Assembly: GCA_016218065.1 (NCBI GenBank)
Contig: JACRFA010000113.1
Coordinates: 6,458-70,457, forward strand
From: Ignavibacteriota bacterium
Lineage (GTDB): Bacteria; Bacteroidota; Ignavibacteria; UBA10030; UBA6906
DNA length: 64,000 nt
Reading direction: 5' to 3'
Shown here: piece by piece, positions 19,437 through 31,836 of the stretch
Position numbering within the stretch: position 1 is the first letter of the stretch
How the letters are laid out: each line of letters starts with the position of its first letter
The notes under the pieces: model-generated
Told to the model about the DNA's origin: nothing
What the model saw: only the letters and a program-made list of their open reading frames with translations
Database searches by the model: none
Position numbers and translations under genes: made by a program

Positions 19437-19883
19437 CTGGCGAGCCGGCGTAGTTGTCGGCAAGCGGTGTAACACCCAACTGAGCACAAGTATCTTGTTG
19501 CGCAAAACGTACCTTCACACACTTTGAAACAAAAGAAATTCGGGCGCCACTTAATAGCAACCCGACGAGACCATCAGTCTGCAACATTGATTCTCTTCGC
19601 CTTGGCCGCGACCAGTCCTACGCGAGCGATTGATCGGATATCATTTCTCAATGAGATGATCTGCTGAAGGAGAACCTGGAGGAAAGAACAACGTCTGTGC
19701 AAAGCTACGCCAAGTTTTCTCCTTTTGCAATAGTAATTTCGATCCTCGAAAGATCAGCCAAGTTCTGCACTGTGGCTGTGCGCTCAGGAATCGCATTCAC
19801 CCCTGTTGCTCAATCGATTTGACAACGAAAATCCAAATGCTAATCTTGTACGCAAATCCCTATTCCGAAGTGATGATTACTCC

Positions 19884-22205
19884 ATGGCACGCACCGCACA
19901 CATAGTGCAGGTTGGCAAACGAACCATCGAACTCTCCAATCTTCAGAAAGTCCTCTATCCCGCCGATCATATCGTGAAGGCGGAGTTGATCGAGTACTAC
20001 CACACACTGGCCCCGACGATTCTCGCGCATCTCAAGGGGCGTCCGCTCTCGCTGGTGCGCTTTCCCGACGGCATTGAGGGAGAAAAGTTCTTTCAGAAGA
20101 ATCGCCCCGAGTGGGCGCCCGAATGGCTTGAGTACATCACGATGGGCGAAGGCGACGAACGGAAGGATTACATTCTCGCGACCGAACCCGCCTCGCTCGT
20201 GTGGCTCGCAAATCTCGCGTGCATCGAGTTGCATCAGATGCAGGTTCGTGCGCCGAAGTTCGACATTGCCGACTACTTTGTGATCGATCTTGATCCGCCC
20301 GAAGGCATGAAGTTTCCACAGGTCGCTGAGCTTGCGCTCGAACTGAAGGAACATGTTGAGACGTTCGGCTATCATCCGTTCGTCAAGACGACGGGGAGAC
20401 GCGGACTGCATGTTGTTGTTCCGGTCGAACCGAAGTGGACTATCGACAAAGTGTTCGAAGCCGCAGAGGCTATCGCAAAACCGTTTGTTGCTGCACGGGA
20501 GAAGACGACGACGCTGCACATCAAAAAAGAGTATCGCAAGGGTCGCATCTTCATCGACATCTTCCGCAATCGCAATCATCAAACAATCGTTGCGGCGTAC
20601 AGCGTGCGCGGGTTCGCCGGCGCGACCGTTTCGGCGCCGCTGACGTGGGATGATCTTCCGAACATCAAGAGCATCGCGGAACTGAACATCAAATCGGTTG
20701 TCGAGCGCGTGCAGCAGAATGGCGATCCGTGGGAAGGCATCGGCGCGTACGCAGAGCCGCTGCACACCGAACGAAAATCCATCAGCAAGAAGAAATTGCC
20801 ACCTTCCGCAAAACATAAAACGCCTGAGACTCTGGAGACGTACAAGGAGAAGCGGAGCTTCGACAAAACTCCCGAACCAGTTCCACAGGTCGCGTTGGGC
20901 GAAGGCAACGCGTTCGTCGTCCATCGACATCATGCGACGCGACTTCACTACGATTTGCGTTTGGAGAAAGACGGCGTGCTGAAATCGTGGGCGGTGCCGA
21001 AGGGTTTGCCGCCGCGCCCCGGCATCAAACGACTTGCCGTTCATACGGAAGATCATCCGCTCGAGTACATCAACTTTGAAGGGAATATCCCCAAAGGCGA
21101 ATACGGCGGCGGCGAGATGTGGATTTTTGCGCGCGGCAAATATCAAATCACCAAAGACAAAAAGGACGGATTCTACTTCCGTCTGCAGAGCAAGGAAGTG
21201 AACGGCGAGTACCGGACGTACAACACGAAAGAGAATGAATGGCTACTCGAACGTCTCGATACGCCGCAGGTAGATTGGCTGCACGACGAGATCGAACCGA
21301 TGTTGGCCGGAAACGCTGAGAAGCCTCCACAATCAGAGAACTTTTTGTTTGAGGTGAAGTGGGATGGCATACGGGCGCTGATCTCCGTTGATGAAGGCGT
21401 GATGCGGATTCGCACACGCAATCATCTCGACATCACGCACCGGTTTCCTGAGCTGCTGATTCCCGAGCAAGCGTTTCGCGCAGCCGCGGCTGTGTTCGAC
21501 GCGGAGATCGTGTGTTTGGATGAAGCGGGGAAGCCCGTGTTCAAGCATGTCATCCATCGCATGCAACAAACAGCGGAAGGCGCAATTCAACGAGCGAAGG
21601 CTAAGTATCCTGCTGTGTGCTACGTGTTCGATTGCCTCTATCTTGACGGTCGCTCGATTGTCAATGAGCCACTCATCCGCCGCCGCGCATGGCTGGCGGA
21701 CGCGATCAAACGCGATACGCCCTACCGCGTAAGCGAAGTGTTCGACAACGGCGACGAATTGTTCAGCGCCGCAGCGGCGATGCAGCTTGAAGGCATCATG
21801 GCGAAGGAGAAGAACAGTACCTACCAAGTCAACAAGCGCTCGCCATCATGGCTGAAAATCAAAACGCGGCAAACGACGGAGTGCCTCATCATCGGCTACA
21901 CCAAAGGGAAAGGGAGCCGCGAGTCGGAGTTCGGCGCGTTGCACTTGGCTCAACGATCGAATGGCGATCTGAAGTACATTGGAAAGGTCGGAACCGGCTT
22001 CGACACGAAAATGATGAAAGAGGTTTTCGGAGAACTGAAATCGCTCAAAGAAATCAAGCGGCCCATCAGAGAGAAGCCGCTCGACGATGCGGTATCCACG
22101 TGGCTTGAACCGAAACTGATCTGCGAGGTACAGTACTCCTCATGGACGAAGGACAACATGCTGCGCGAGCCGGTGTTCCTCAGGATGCGACCGGATTTAG
22201 CGTAA
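19884..22205 (+). CDS. ligD: multidomain ATP-dependent DNA ligase LigD (polymerase/primase - 3'-phosphoesterase - ligase)
   Basis: N-terminal LigD-Pol domain (IDLDP...). Middle phosphoesterase domain (FVVHRHHATRLHYDLRLE). C-terminal ligase domain with the adenylation motif EVKWDGIR. An ATG at 19884 is preferred over the TTG at 19806. Confidence 0.88.
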   Translation: MARTAHIVQVGKRTIELSNLQKVLYPADHIVKAELIEYYHTLAPTILAHLKGRPLSLVRFPDGIEGEKFFQKNRPEWAPEWLEYITMGEGDERKDYILATEPASLVWLANLACIELHQMQVRAPKFDIADYFVIDLDPPEGMKFPQVAELALELKEHVETFGYHPFVKTTGRRGLHVVVPVEPKWTIDKVFEAAEAIAKPFVAAREKTTTLHIKKEYRKGRIFIDIFRNRNHQTIVAAYSVRGFAGATVSAPLTWDDLPNIKSIAELNIKSVVERVQQNGDPWEGIGAYAEPLHTERKSISKKKLPPSAKHKTPETLETYKEKRSFDKTPEPVPQVALGEGNAFVVHRHHATRLHYDLRLEKDGVLKSWAVPKGLPPRPGIKRLAVHTEDHPLEYINFEGNIPKGEYGGGEMWIFARGKYQITKDKKDGFYFRLQSKEVNGEYRTYNTKENEWLLERLDTPQVDWLHDEIEPMLAGNAEKPPQSENFLFEVKWDGIRALISVDEGVMRIRTRNHLDITHRFPELLIPEQAFRAAAAVFDAEIVCLDEAGKPVFKHVIHRMQQTAEGAIQRAKAKYPAVCYVFDCLYLDGRSIVNEPLIRRRAWLADAIKRDTPYRVSEVFDNGDELFSAAAAMQLEGIMAKEKNSTYQVNKRSPSWLKIKTRQTTECLIIGYTKGKGSRESEFGALHLAQRSNGDLKYIGKVGTGFDTKMMKEVFGELKSLKEIKRPIREKPLDDAVSTWLEPKLICEVQYSSWTKDNMLREPVFLRMRPDLA

Positions 22206-22330
22206 AATCCTGAACGAAGCGAATGGGCGCGAAGGCTCTTCTGATGCAAGCCAAAATCAATTCTTCGTGGATAAAAGAAGTAATGGTTTTTCAACAATCT
22301 GTTAGGAGTGATGGAGTGGTGGATGTTTGG

Positions 22331-22364
22331 GCAAAAAACTAAACGCAAGTAGATTTGCGTTTAG
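22331..22364 (-). terminator. intrinsic terminator of the ABC transporter genes
   Basis: Perfect 10-bp stem CTAAACGCAA/TTGCGTTTAG (22339-22348 / 22355-22364) with a 6-nt loop. On the minus strand it is followed by TTTTTTGCCC. A third arm copy (CTAAACGC, 22370-22377) allows an alternative hairpin. Confidence 0.75.
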
Positions 22365-22384
22365 TAGCACTAAACGCTAACGCG

Positions 22385-23179
22385 TTATCCCTTCCCATTC
22401 ATCACGCGCCGAAACGCGTCGCCCACCACTTCAACCGCTTTCTTGAACTCTGCTGAATCCTGAATCGTCAGCGGGTCCTCGCCGACAGTCGGCGGGATGC
22501 AATCACGGATGTCGTACGCGATCTGCCCGGGCGCTTTCGTCATAATCCAGACGCGGTCGGCAAGATACACAGCTTCGCTGATGCTGTGTGTGACCGCGAA
22601 GATGGTCGGTTGGGTTTCGTGCCACAGCTCGACGATCAACTTCTGCATGTCGATGCGTGTCGGCTCATCGAGGGCGGAGAATGGTTCGTCCATGAGGATG
22701 ATGCGCGGCTTCAGCACAAGCGTGCGAGCAATCGCGACGCGCTGCTGCTGTCCGCCTGAAAGTTGATGCGGGTATTTGGTGTCGTGTCCCTTCAAGCCGA
22801 CGCGCTCAATCATCGCCATCGCGCGATCAACGCGACCCTTCGCCGTCGTTCCATTCTTCTGCAACTTCATGCCGAAGAGTACGTTTTGCAGCACCGTGAG
22901 ATGCGGGAACGAACTGTACTTCTGAAATATCATTCCGCGGTCGCTGCCCGGAGCCTCGACATCCTTTCCACCAACGAGGACATGACCTTCCGTCGGCGTC
23001 AGAAATCCGGCGATGAGATTCATGATGGTGGATTTGCCGCAGCCCGAAGGTCCGATGATCGCGATGAATTCTCCCTTGTTCGGCGCATCCTCGATTGCGA
23101 AGCTCACCTTCCGCAGCGCAGTGAATGACCCGAACCGGACGGTGACATCCGTGAACACGACAACATTCTCAGCCGCCAT
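22385..23179 (-). CDS. ABC transporter ATP-binding protein (NitT/TauT family)
   Basis: Walker [13 protein letters not shown] signature LSGGQQQR, Walker B ILMDEP. Confidence 0.92.
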   Translation of the reverse strand: MAAENVVVFTDVTVRFGSFTALRKVSFAIEDAPNKGEFIAIIGPSGCGKSTIMNLIAGFLTPTEGHVLVGGKDVEAPGSDRGMIFQKYSSFPHLTVLQNVLFGMKLQKNGTTAKGRVDRAMAMIERVGLKGHDTKYPHQLSGGQQQRVAIARTLVLKPRIILMDEPFSALDEPTRIDMQKLIVELWHETQPTIFAVTHSISEAVYLADRVWIMTKAPGQIAYDIRDCIPPTVGEDPLTIQDSAEFKKAVEVVGDAFRRVMNGKG

Positions 23180-23181
23180 CG

Positions 23182-23985
23182 TCAGACCTTTCGCTTGTAA
23201 GGAAACAGAAAACGACCGATGAAACCGAAGAGCAGATCAGTGAGCCATGCCAGCAGCGCGATAATGATAATGACGAGATACATATACTCCCGCGGTCCGC
23301 GCCGTTGCGCGATGATGATGATCTGCCCAAGCCCGGCTTCCGAGAAAATGATTTCGGCAAGAATGATATACGTCCACCCGACGCCGAACGCGAGACGCGC
23401 TGCATTCCAAATATCATAGAATGCAATGGGACAAAGAACCTTCGCTACAATGTGAAGCCGCGATGCGCCGAGCGTGTACGCGGTCTGGATATACACGTCG
23501 TCGACCTTGTCCATCGACTTTACGATCAGCGGAAGCAGGTATACGAAGAACGCGATGGCGAGAAACATTGCCTTCTGCTCTTCTCCCGTTCCGAACCAAC
23601 TCAACGTCAGCGGCACGAGCGCGGCAATGGGCAGGTAGCCGCTCATCACGGCGACCGGCTGAAACATTTGCTTGAACTTGCCGAAACTTCCCATGAGAAT
23701 GCCGAGCGGAAGCGCAGCAGCAACAGCGATGAGGAACCCGATGGCAACGCGCTGGAAGCTCGCGGCAATTCCTTCGAAGAGTTTTCCCTTCGTGATGAGC
23801 GAGGGAATGGATTGAAGTACTTCCCACGGACTCGGCAGCGTCACCGGCGAAACGATCCGCTCCTCAACAACATCACCCGCCGTGATGTACCACCAGACAC
23901 CGATGAGCAGAATAATCGGAATCGTTCCCAGAACGATTGACCACGTGTGCGACGTGGTGCCGCGGATTTCAAAAAAGTTTTTCAT
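23182..23985 (-). CDS. ABC transporter permease (NitT/TauT family)
   Basis: 267 aa with about 6 TM helices and an EAA-like loop ([19 protein letters not shown]). It lies 2 nt upstream of the ATPase gene. Confidence 0.88.
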   Translation of the reverse strand: MKNFFEIRGTTSHTWSIVLGTIPIILLIGVWWYITAGDVVEERIVSPVTLPSPWEVLQSIPSLITKGKLFEGIAASFQRVAIGFLIAVAAALPLGILMGSFGKFKQMFQPVAVMSGYLPIAALVPLTLSWFGTGEEQKAMFLAIAFFVYLLPLIVKSMDKVDDVYIQTAYTLGASRLHIVAKVLCPIAFYDIWNAARLAFGVGWTYIILAEIIFSEAGLGQIIIIAQRRGPREYMYLVIIIIALLAWLTDLLFGFIGRFLFPYKRKV

Positions 23986-24178
23986 GAATTGTAAGAGATT
24001 TGTTGTGTCATCACGTACCTAAAGGATTCTCCGTCAGTCTTCATTTTTCACTTGCGAATCGAACACGTTTAATGCATATTTAGGCCAGCTAACAGCGCCA
24101 ATGTGAGCAACATTGGTTTAACGGTCACTCTGGAAACGGAGTGACCGTTTGTCGTTTCATTTCTTCCGAAAAACATCC

Positions 24179-24345
24179 ACCCCGCTTCCGACGGCACCAC
24201 TTTGATTTCAACGCGTCGGTTGAGCGCCTGATTCACATGCGCAACACGCTCCAGCGTCGCATCGACACCCGGATCATAGAGTTTCTTTTCGATGACATTC
24301 CCGAATTCATCACGCGCAGATTTGTGCAGGTGTGGCATTAGTATT
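24179..24345 (-). pseudogene. decayed fragment of the OmpA-like C-terminal region of the ABC substrate-binding protein gene
   Basis: ORF 24069-24359 reads ...ARDEFGNVIEKKLYDPGVDATLERVAHVNQALNRRVEIKVVPSEAGW... The intact gene reads ...ARDEFGNIIEKKLYDPGVDATLERVARV[~70 aa]NQALNRRVEIKVVPPEAG*. The fragment therefore has an internal in-frame deletion, lacks the 5' part, and has its stop codon changed to TGG. Confidence 0.8.
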
Positions 24346-24551
24346 CCGTCCGCCCACAACCGCTGCTGATTGAAAATATGTTGGTAGAGATTGATTTGCT
24401 ATTTTATTCTACTTGCATACATATACCAATTCCATTCCCAAGTTTTTCCATTGTCGGTTGAAAACGCTTGGCTCCAAATAGGAAGTATGTTCACCTGTTT
24501 GCTAGGATTCCAGATGGCACGGCCCGCTCAGTCATCATGCGAGCGTTGCGA

Positions 24552-25406
24552 TCAAGCATCCATTGGCACGTTGGAAGCACCGCGCGCCGAACCGAAACTT
24601 GCCGTCATAACGGCGCCTATTGCAATGCACTGCCAGAGCGTCAAGCGCTCACCGAGCAGCAGAAAACCTACCACCGCCGCACAGGCCGGCTCCATGCTCA
24701 TCAAAATGCCGAATACTTTGGTCGGCATGCGGCGCAAGGCTTCGATTTCAAGACTATAAGGAATGACGGAAGAGAGTAGCGCAACCGCAGCGGCAATCGG
24801 TAGCGCGGGCAGAATATTCAACCACTGCGGCGCATCAATAATTTTCAGCGGTACCAATACCAAACTGCCTATGCTCATCGCGATGGTTAAACCGAGTGCG
24901 CCCGGCGTCGCACTACCTAGTTTCTCGCCGAGGATAATGTAAAGTCCCCAGCAAGCACCGGCAATTAACGCGAGTACAAATCCGATCGCATCGACATGGC
25001 CGCTAAATGGATTAAGTAGCGCAATACCAAGTGCAGCAAGTGCTACCCAGACAAAATCGAGCGCACGATGACTGTGCCAAATCGCTACGGCTAATGGTCC
25101 AACAAATTCGATGGTCACGCACAAGCCGAGCGGCAAGCGTTGCAAAGAAAAATAATACGTGGCATTCATACTGACGAGCACGATGCCAAAAATCATGCTG
25201 GTCTGCCACTGCTGGCGACTTAATGCACGCAGTGCCGGACGCACGATAATCAGCAGCATGATCGCGGCAAGTGCAACGCGCCAGAATACGGCCGTCATGG
25301 CGCCAAATTCGGCAAACAGGGATTTCGCGAGTGCAGCGCCCCATTGCACGCTGACCATACCGATGACGACCAATAAAATCGGATGAATGCGCTGCAGTAT
25401 TTTCAT
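24552..25406 (-). CDS. EamA/DMT-family transporter (RhtA-like exporter)
   Basis: 284 aa with 10 predicted TM helices in two EamA-like repeats. Confidence 0.8.
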   Translation of the reverse strand: MKILQRIHPILLVVIGMVSVQWGAALAKSLFAEFGAMTAVFWRVALAAIMLLIIVRPALRALSRQQWQTSMIFGIVLVSMNATYYFSLQRLPLGLCVTIEFVGPLAVAIWHSHRALDFVWVALAALGIALLNPFSGHVDAIGFVLALIAGACWGLYIILGEKLGSATPGALGLTIAMSIGSLVLVPLKIIDAPQWLNILPALPIAAAVALLSSVIPYSLEIEALRRMPTKVFGILMSMEPACAAVVGFLLLGERLTLWQCIAIGAVMTASFGSARGASNVPMDA

Positions 25407-25571
25407 TTTGTTTCCGTGCTCGTAGAGTGCGCTACGCGCACCGGATCAGCACGATGCAAACTAAATAAGGCGCGTAGCGACATCATGCACTCCTCCCGCT
25501 TTGCAAACATCCGCCTTTGAAATTAAATCTATTTCTAAGTCCTAAAGTATTCGAGTCGCTGTCGCATGACG

Positions 25572-25727
25572 TATAAACGTCTCGGCAAACAACGCCGCCG
25601 TTTTGCGAACTATTCAACGACAAATTCTCCGTGAGCAAAAACGGTGGAACGAGCACAACTGATCTTTTTATCGAGCTTCAACGTAACCATATCAAATGAG
25701 CGAGTGTCGTTGTTTGCTGTGTTAGCT
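25572..25727 (+). repeat. attC-like imperfect palindrome, copy a
   Basis: TATAAAC-gtctcg-GCAAACAACG ... CGTTGTTTGC-tgt-GTTAGCT. It has an inner stem CCGCCGTTTTGC/GCAAAAACGGTGG and a conserved core GAGCACAACTGA...TGAGCGAGTGTCG shared with copies b-d. Confidence 0.6.
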
Positions 25728-25850
25728 GCAGTGCACGGGCTGGCTCGAGCTCCGTGAAGTACCACCGACCAGGGTGTGGTTAATGCATCTTGACTGTCAT
25801 TGGAATTGAACCGCCTCAACTGCCAGAGAATTATACGGAAAATCGTATCA

Positions 25851-26949
<1,099 letters not shown>

Positions 26950-27024
26950 CCTGAACTGAAAATGAACAGAGCGCAACGAGTGGTAAGAAGATATGAACGA
27001 TAATGGCGAAAGAGAGAATTGAAC

Positions 27025-28065
27025 ATGAAAGCAACTGTAATGTACAGCGCCGGGGATGTTCGTGTTGAGAGCGTTCCCGATCCTCGCCTGCTGGAACCAA
27101 CCGATGCGATCGTCCGCATCACCCACGCCTGCATCTGTGGCAGCGATCTCTGGCCATACAAAGAAATGCAATCCAGCGAGCATGGCCGCCAGATGGGTCA
27201 CGAGTTTGTTGGTGTCGTCGACGCTGTCGGCGCTGATGTCCGCACGGTAAAGCGAGGCGACCTTGTCGTTGCGCCGTTTGCCTTCTCGGATGGCACTTGC
27301 GAATTTTGCCACGAGGGAATTCATACGTCGTGTGTGCACGGTGGGTTCTTTGGGGTCGGCATGGAGAATGTCGGAGGCGGACAAGCTGAAGCTGTGCGCG
27401 TGCCGTTGGCTGATGGAACTCTATTCAAGCTGCCGGTCGGGAAGGATGATGCGCTGATGCCGTCGTTGCTCACGCTTACCGACGTGATGGGCACAGGTCA
27501 TCATGCGGCTGTCACCGCAAGGGTCAGGCCCGGCAAGAAAGTGGCCGTCATCGGTGATGGTGCAGTCGGCTTGTGCGGAGTGATTGCTGCCCGGCGTCTT
27601 GGTGCCGAGCAGATCATCATATTGGGTCGTCATCCAGGCCGGATTGCACTGGCAAGGGAGTTCGGCGCAACAGATGTTGTAGGCGAACGCGGCAACGAGG
27701 CAATTGAATGTGTGCGGGAGTTGACGGGCAGTTTTGGCGTTCACTCTGTGCTTGAGTGCGTAGGTACCGACCAGGCCATGCGGACAGCAATTGGCATTGC
27801 CCGCCCTGGCGGCGCCATCGGTCGCGTGGGTGTGCCGCACTACGAGGAGATTCCGAACGCGCAACCGTCGTTTTACGGGAACATAACCGTAAGCGGCGGT
27901 CCTGCACCTGTCCGCTCCTACATCGAAGAACTTCTGCCCGACATTCTTGAAGGCAGGATTGAGCCGGGTCGCGTGTTCGATCTGGTTACGGGGATCGACT
28001 GCGTACCCACAGGCTACCAGGCGATGAACGAGCGCAAGGCGATCAAGGTCATGATCACATTCTGA
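27025..28065 (+). CDS. zinc-dependent alcohol dehydrogenase (MDR family)
   Basis: Catalytic zinc motif CGSDLW...GHEFVG, structural zinc Cys cluster (C..C..C), Rossmann motif VIGDGAVG. Confidence 0.88.
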   Translation: MKATVMYSAGDVRVESVPDPRLLEPTDAIVRITHACICGSDLWPYKEMQSSEHGRQMGHEFVGVVDAVGADVRTVKRGDLVVAPFAFSDGTCEFCHEGIHTSCVHGGFFGVGMENVGGGQAEAVRVPLADGTLFKLPVGKDDALMPSLLTLTDVMGTGHHAAVTARVRPGKKVAVIGDGAVGLCGVIAARRLGAEQIIILGRHPGRIALAREFGATDVVGERGNEAIECVRELTGSFGVHSVLECVGTDQAMRTAIGIARPGGAIGRVGVPHYEEIPNAQPSFYGNITVSGGPAPVRSYIEELLPDILEGRIEPGRVFDLVTGIDCVPTGYQAMNERKAIKVMITF

Positions 28066-28080
28066 GGACTTGTCTGAACA

Positions 28081-28659
28081 ATGAGAAACGTCATCATACT
28101 CGGTGCAAGCGGCAACATAGCGAAACATGTCGCTGATACTCTAGTACTGGAGAATAACATCGCCCTGACCCTATTCGTTCGCAGCAAGCAGAGGCTAAGG
28201 AATAAGGATGTCTCCAAGTGCCGGATCGTTGAAGGTGATGTCCTGAACTTCAACCAACTCAAGGAAGTCATCAAAGGTCAGGACATTGTGTACGCGAACC
28301 TTGCGGGAGATCTGGAGGCAATGGCAAAGAACATTGTGAAAGCGATGAACGAAACAGGAGTGAAGAAACTGATCTTTATCAGTTCCATAGGAATCTATGG
28401 TGTTCCCTTACGACCAGTGTTGAAACCTTACCGGAAAGCTGCTGATGTGATCGAAGCATCTGATCTTGAATACACTATTCTGAGACCAACCTGGTTTACC
28501 ACTGCTGATGAAGTGGATTATGAGATAACGAGAAAGGGTGAACCGGAGAAAGGATCAGTCATTTCACAAAAAGGCCTGGCGACATTCATTGCAGCAATCA
28601 TAAGATCTCCCGAGAAATATGTCCGTGAAAATCTTGGAGTGAACAAACCGAATTCCTAA
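28081..28659 (+). CDS. NAD(P)-binding atypical SDR / NmrA-like protein
   Basis: 192 aa with the N-terminal Rossmann motif VIILGASGNIAKH. Visibly AT-richer than the neighbouring genes. Confidence 0.7.
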   Translation: MRNVIILGASGNIAKHVADTLVLENNIALTLFVRSKQRLRNKDVSKCRIVEGDVLNFNQLKEVIKGQDIVYANLAGDLEAMAKNIVKAMNETGVKKLIFISSIGIYGVPLRPVLKPYRKAADVIEASDLEYTILRPTWFTTADEVDYEITRKGEPEKGSVISQKGLATFIAAIIRSPEKYVRENLGVNKPNS

Positions 28660-28686
28660 AGCGGCCTTACTGAAGGAGTCTCTGAC

Positions 28687-29871
<1,185 letters not shown>

Positions 29872-29993
29872 GGTGGTAATTCCGGAAATGATTGTGATAA
29901 GTTGTAATCGTTCCGTATCATGTATTTGTCGGCAGGACGAAAAGCTTGTTCTACATTGCAGAAGACACATATACATTCCTAAGTTCAATCGAC

Positions 29994-30887
29994 ATGAAAC
30001 GCTTTGAATCAATCAGCGAGTACTATCAGTTTGGCGGGTATCCACCGCCTGAGAACCCCCTATTGAGTTTAAGAATTCTGGATGTGACAACTCCAATTAC
30101 AGAAGACATTGAGTTTGTCTGTGATTTCTATTGCATCGGTTTCAAAAAAATCAAATCCGGTGAACTTATTTATGGGAAAACGAGATACGATCACGATAGA
30201 GGCTGGATGTACTTCGTTAAGCCCGGTCAAATACTTAAAGCAAGGAAATTACAATTTGCTGAAAAGGGTTTTGCTATTCACCTTCACGAAGACTTCTTGA
30301 TGGGGCATCCCCTGTTCTCAGAAATCAAGAAGTACAACTTCTTCGACTACGAGACACATGAGGCCCTTCACCTTTCACCAAGGGAAAAAGAAATCATGTG
30401 GTCGCTGTACCACAAAATGGAGAGGGAGTACCACGACAATCCCGATGAGTTCAGCAAGTCTATCATCCTCTCACACCTCGATTCAATGCTGAAGTATGCG
30501 CAGCGATTCTACAAGAGACAGTTCATCGACCGGAAGCCGATCTCGGGCGTAACGGTGACAAAATTCAATGCGACTCTGGACGGACACTTTGCGAAGGGAA
30601 ACGCAGAAGAAAAAAGACTGCCGACAGTGAATGCATTGGCATCGCAACTGAATCTATCGCCGAAATATTTGAGTGACCTACTGAAACAGGAGACCGGCAA
30701 AACAGCATTGGAGTTGATACATCTGTACGTGATTGCTGAAGCCAAGAACTTGCTCGTTGCCGGTGACCGAAGCATTTCTGAAATCGCGTACTCTCTGGGT
30801 TTTGAAAATCCTCCTTACTTCTCGCGTCTGTTCAGAAAGGAAGTGGGGATGAGTCCTAAGGAATACAATAACCAACCTCTAAATTGA
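29994..30887 (+). CDS. AraC-family transcriptional regulator
   Basis: C-terminal double HTH (LNLSPKYLSDLLKQETGKT ... ISEIAYSLGFENPPYFSRLFRKEVGMSPKEY). An ATG at 29994 is preferred over the TTG at 29946. Confidence 0.88.
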   Translation: MKRFESISEYYQFGGYPPPENPLLSLRILDVTTPITEDIEFVCDFYCIGFKKIKSGELIYGKTRYDHDRGWMYFVKPGQILKARKLQFAEKGFAIHLHEDFLMGHPLFSEIKKYNFFDYETHEALHLSPREKEIMWSLYHKMEREYHDNPDEFSKSIILSHLDSMLKYAQRFYKRQFIDRKPISGVTVTKFNATLDGHFAKGNAEEKRLPTVNALASQLNLSPKYLSDLLKQETGKTALELIHLYVIAEAKNLLVAGDRSISEIAYSLGFENPPYFSRLFRKEVGMSPKEYNNQPLN

Positions 30888-30972
30888 CTCAATCTCTCCA
30901 CGCACCATTCTCTTTAATTTTTGGGCCACGCCGACCATATGTGTGTAACCCGATTATCCCGACGTGCATTGC

Positions 30973-30991
30973 AGCTAACTACCGTAACCAC
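30973..30991 (+). repeat. left half-site of an attC-like element (truncated)
   Basis: GCTAAC-taccgt-AACCACG has the same box/spacer/box layout as the left arms of copies a-d. No convincing right arm is present, and it abuts the OmpA-tail fragment. Confidence 0.35.
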
Positions 30992-31007
30992 GCCACACCC
31001 AATTCAG

Positions 31008-31094
31008 TTACCCAGCTTCCTGCGACACGACTTTGATTTCGACGCGACGGTTCGGCGCTTGATTCTGCGGGTCGTGGTCGGCTTGGACGAATGG
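31008..31094 (-). pseudogene. orphan 3'-terminal fragment of an OmpA-like domain gene
   Basis: Own translation of the minus strand: PFVQADHDPQNQAPNRRVEIKVVSQEAG followed by TAA. This is homologous to the last ~28 codons of 37376-39088. There is no upstream coding continuation, because the RibD_C-like ORF stop lies at 31095. Confidence 0.65.
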
Positions 31095-31436
31095 TTACGC
31101 GATACCTGTGGCCTTGCTTCGCGGAACTTGGTAGCGTAACTCCGCGAAGCCTGTGCCCACCTGATGGACAGATATCAACTGCAATGGAGGGCTTGTGATG
31201 CGACGCGGGAATAGTGGCTTGCCTCTGCCCAGAGTGACTGAACCAATCTGCACGATAACCTCGTCCAACAAGTTCGCATCATAGAACTGCCCCGCCAGGT
31301 CGCCACCACCAACAATCCAGATGTTCTTTTCACCTGTCGCTGCGTAGTACTGAGTTCTCATTCCGTACCTACACCAATGGATGTGATTCGTGCCGCGGGC
31401 GGCAACCCCGCTCATTGGCCGGCAGGCGGTTGCCAC
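31095..31436 (-). pseudogene. truncated dihydrofolate-reductase-like (RibD C-terminal domain) gene remnant
   Basis: Only the C-terminal ~70 aa (NIWIVGGGDLAGQFYDANLLDEVIVQIGSVTLGRGKPLF...) match the RibD_C/DHFR-like family. The N-terminal ~100 aa are missing, and the 5' part of the ORF overlaps the VOC gene end. Confidence 0.55.
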
Positions 31437-31798
31437 AGTTCTATTTTGTTTCCTTCCGGATCGATGACCCAGGCAAACTTTCCAAACTCGGATTCATCGA
31501 TCTTTTCGAGCACGTTGCAGCCTTCTTCCCGCAAGACTTTGACCAATCCGTGAAGGTCTTCAACTCTGTAGTTGATCATGAAGGAAGCAGAGCTCGGAGC
31601 AAAGTGATCGCTCTCCTGCGGATCGATTAACCAGGCAGTTGTACCTGCAACCGGCTTGCCCTCGGCGTCGGTCCAATCAAAAGCCGCTCCGCCCCAGACT
31701 TGGACATCGATTCCCAAATGCCGCTTGTACCAAGTCTGCAGTGATGGAGCATCTTTGGCCTTGAAGAAGATGCCTCCAATGCCAGTGACTCGCCTCAT
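31412..31798 (-). CDS. VOC-family (glyoxalase/bleomycin-resistance fold) protein
   Basis: Start chosen at MRRVTGIGGIFFKAKD; the ORF track extends to 31876, into the repeat. The C-terminal FAWVIDPEGNKIELWQP is typical of VOC proteins. Confidence 0.8.
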   Translation of the reverse strand: MRRVTGIGGIFFKAKDAPSLQTWYKRHLGIDVQVWGGAAFDWTDAEGKPVAGTTAWLIDPQESDHFAPSSASFMINYRVEDLHGLVKVLREEGCNVLEKIDESEFGKFAWVIDPEGNKIELWQPPAGQ

Positions 31799-31836
31799 GA
31801 AACCTCCTCTGTGGGTGATGATGTCGTTGAACATGG

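Noticed and set aside
19860-21146. 428-aa ORF on the minus strand inside ligD
   Set aside because: It is entirely antisense to a gene with clear LigD motifs. The sequence is Arg/Leu/Ala-rich and low-complexity, typical of shadow ORFs in GC-rich coding DNA.
24121-24148. 10-bp perfect hairpin ACGGTCACTC...GAGTGACCGT as a terminator
   Set aside because: The T-rich run follows it only on the plus strand, where no upstream gene ends. On the minus strand no U-tract follows. It may be a remnant attenuator or terminator between the binding-protein and permease genes, but the support is insufficient.
24069-24359. 96-aa ORF as a genuine small OmpA-like gene
   Set aside because: It is a collage of two non-contiguous pieces of the binding-protein gene tail. 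It lacks the OmpA core, the original stop is lost, and the read-through tail has no features. It is called a pseudogene fragment instead.
31095-31436. 113-aa ORF as an intact dihydrofolate-reductase-like gene
   Set aside because: Only the C-terminal ~70 residues resemble the RibD_C family. The N-terminal substrate/NADPH-binding half is missing, and the 5' end overlaps the VOC gene. It is treated as a remnant.
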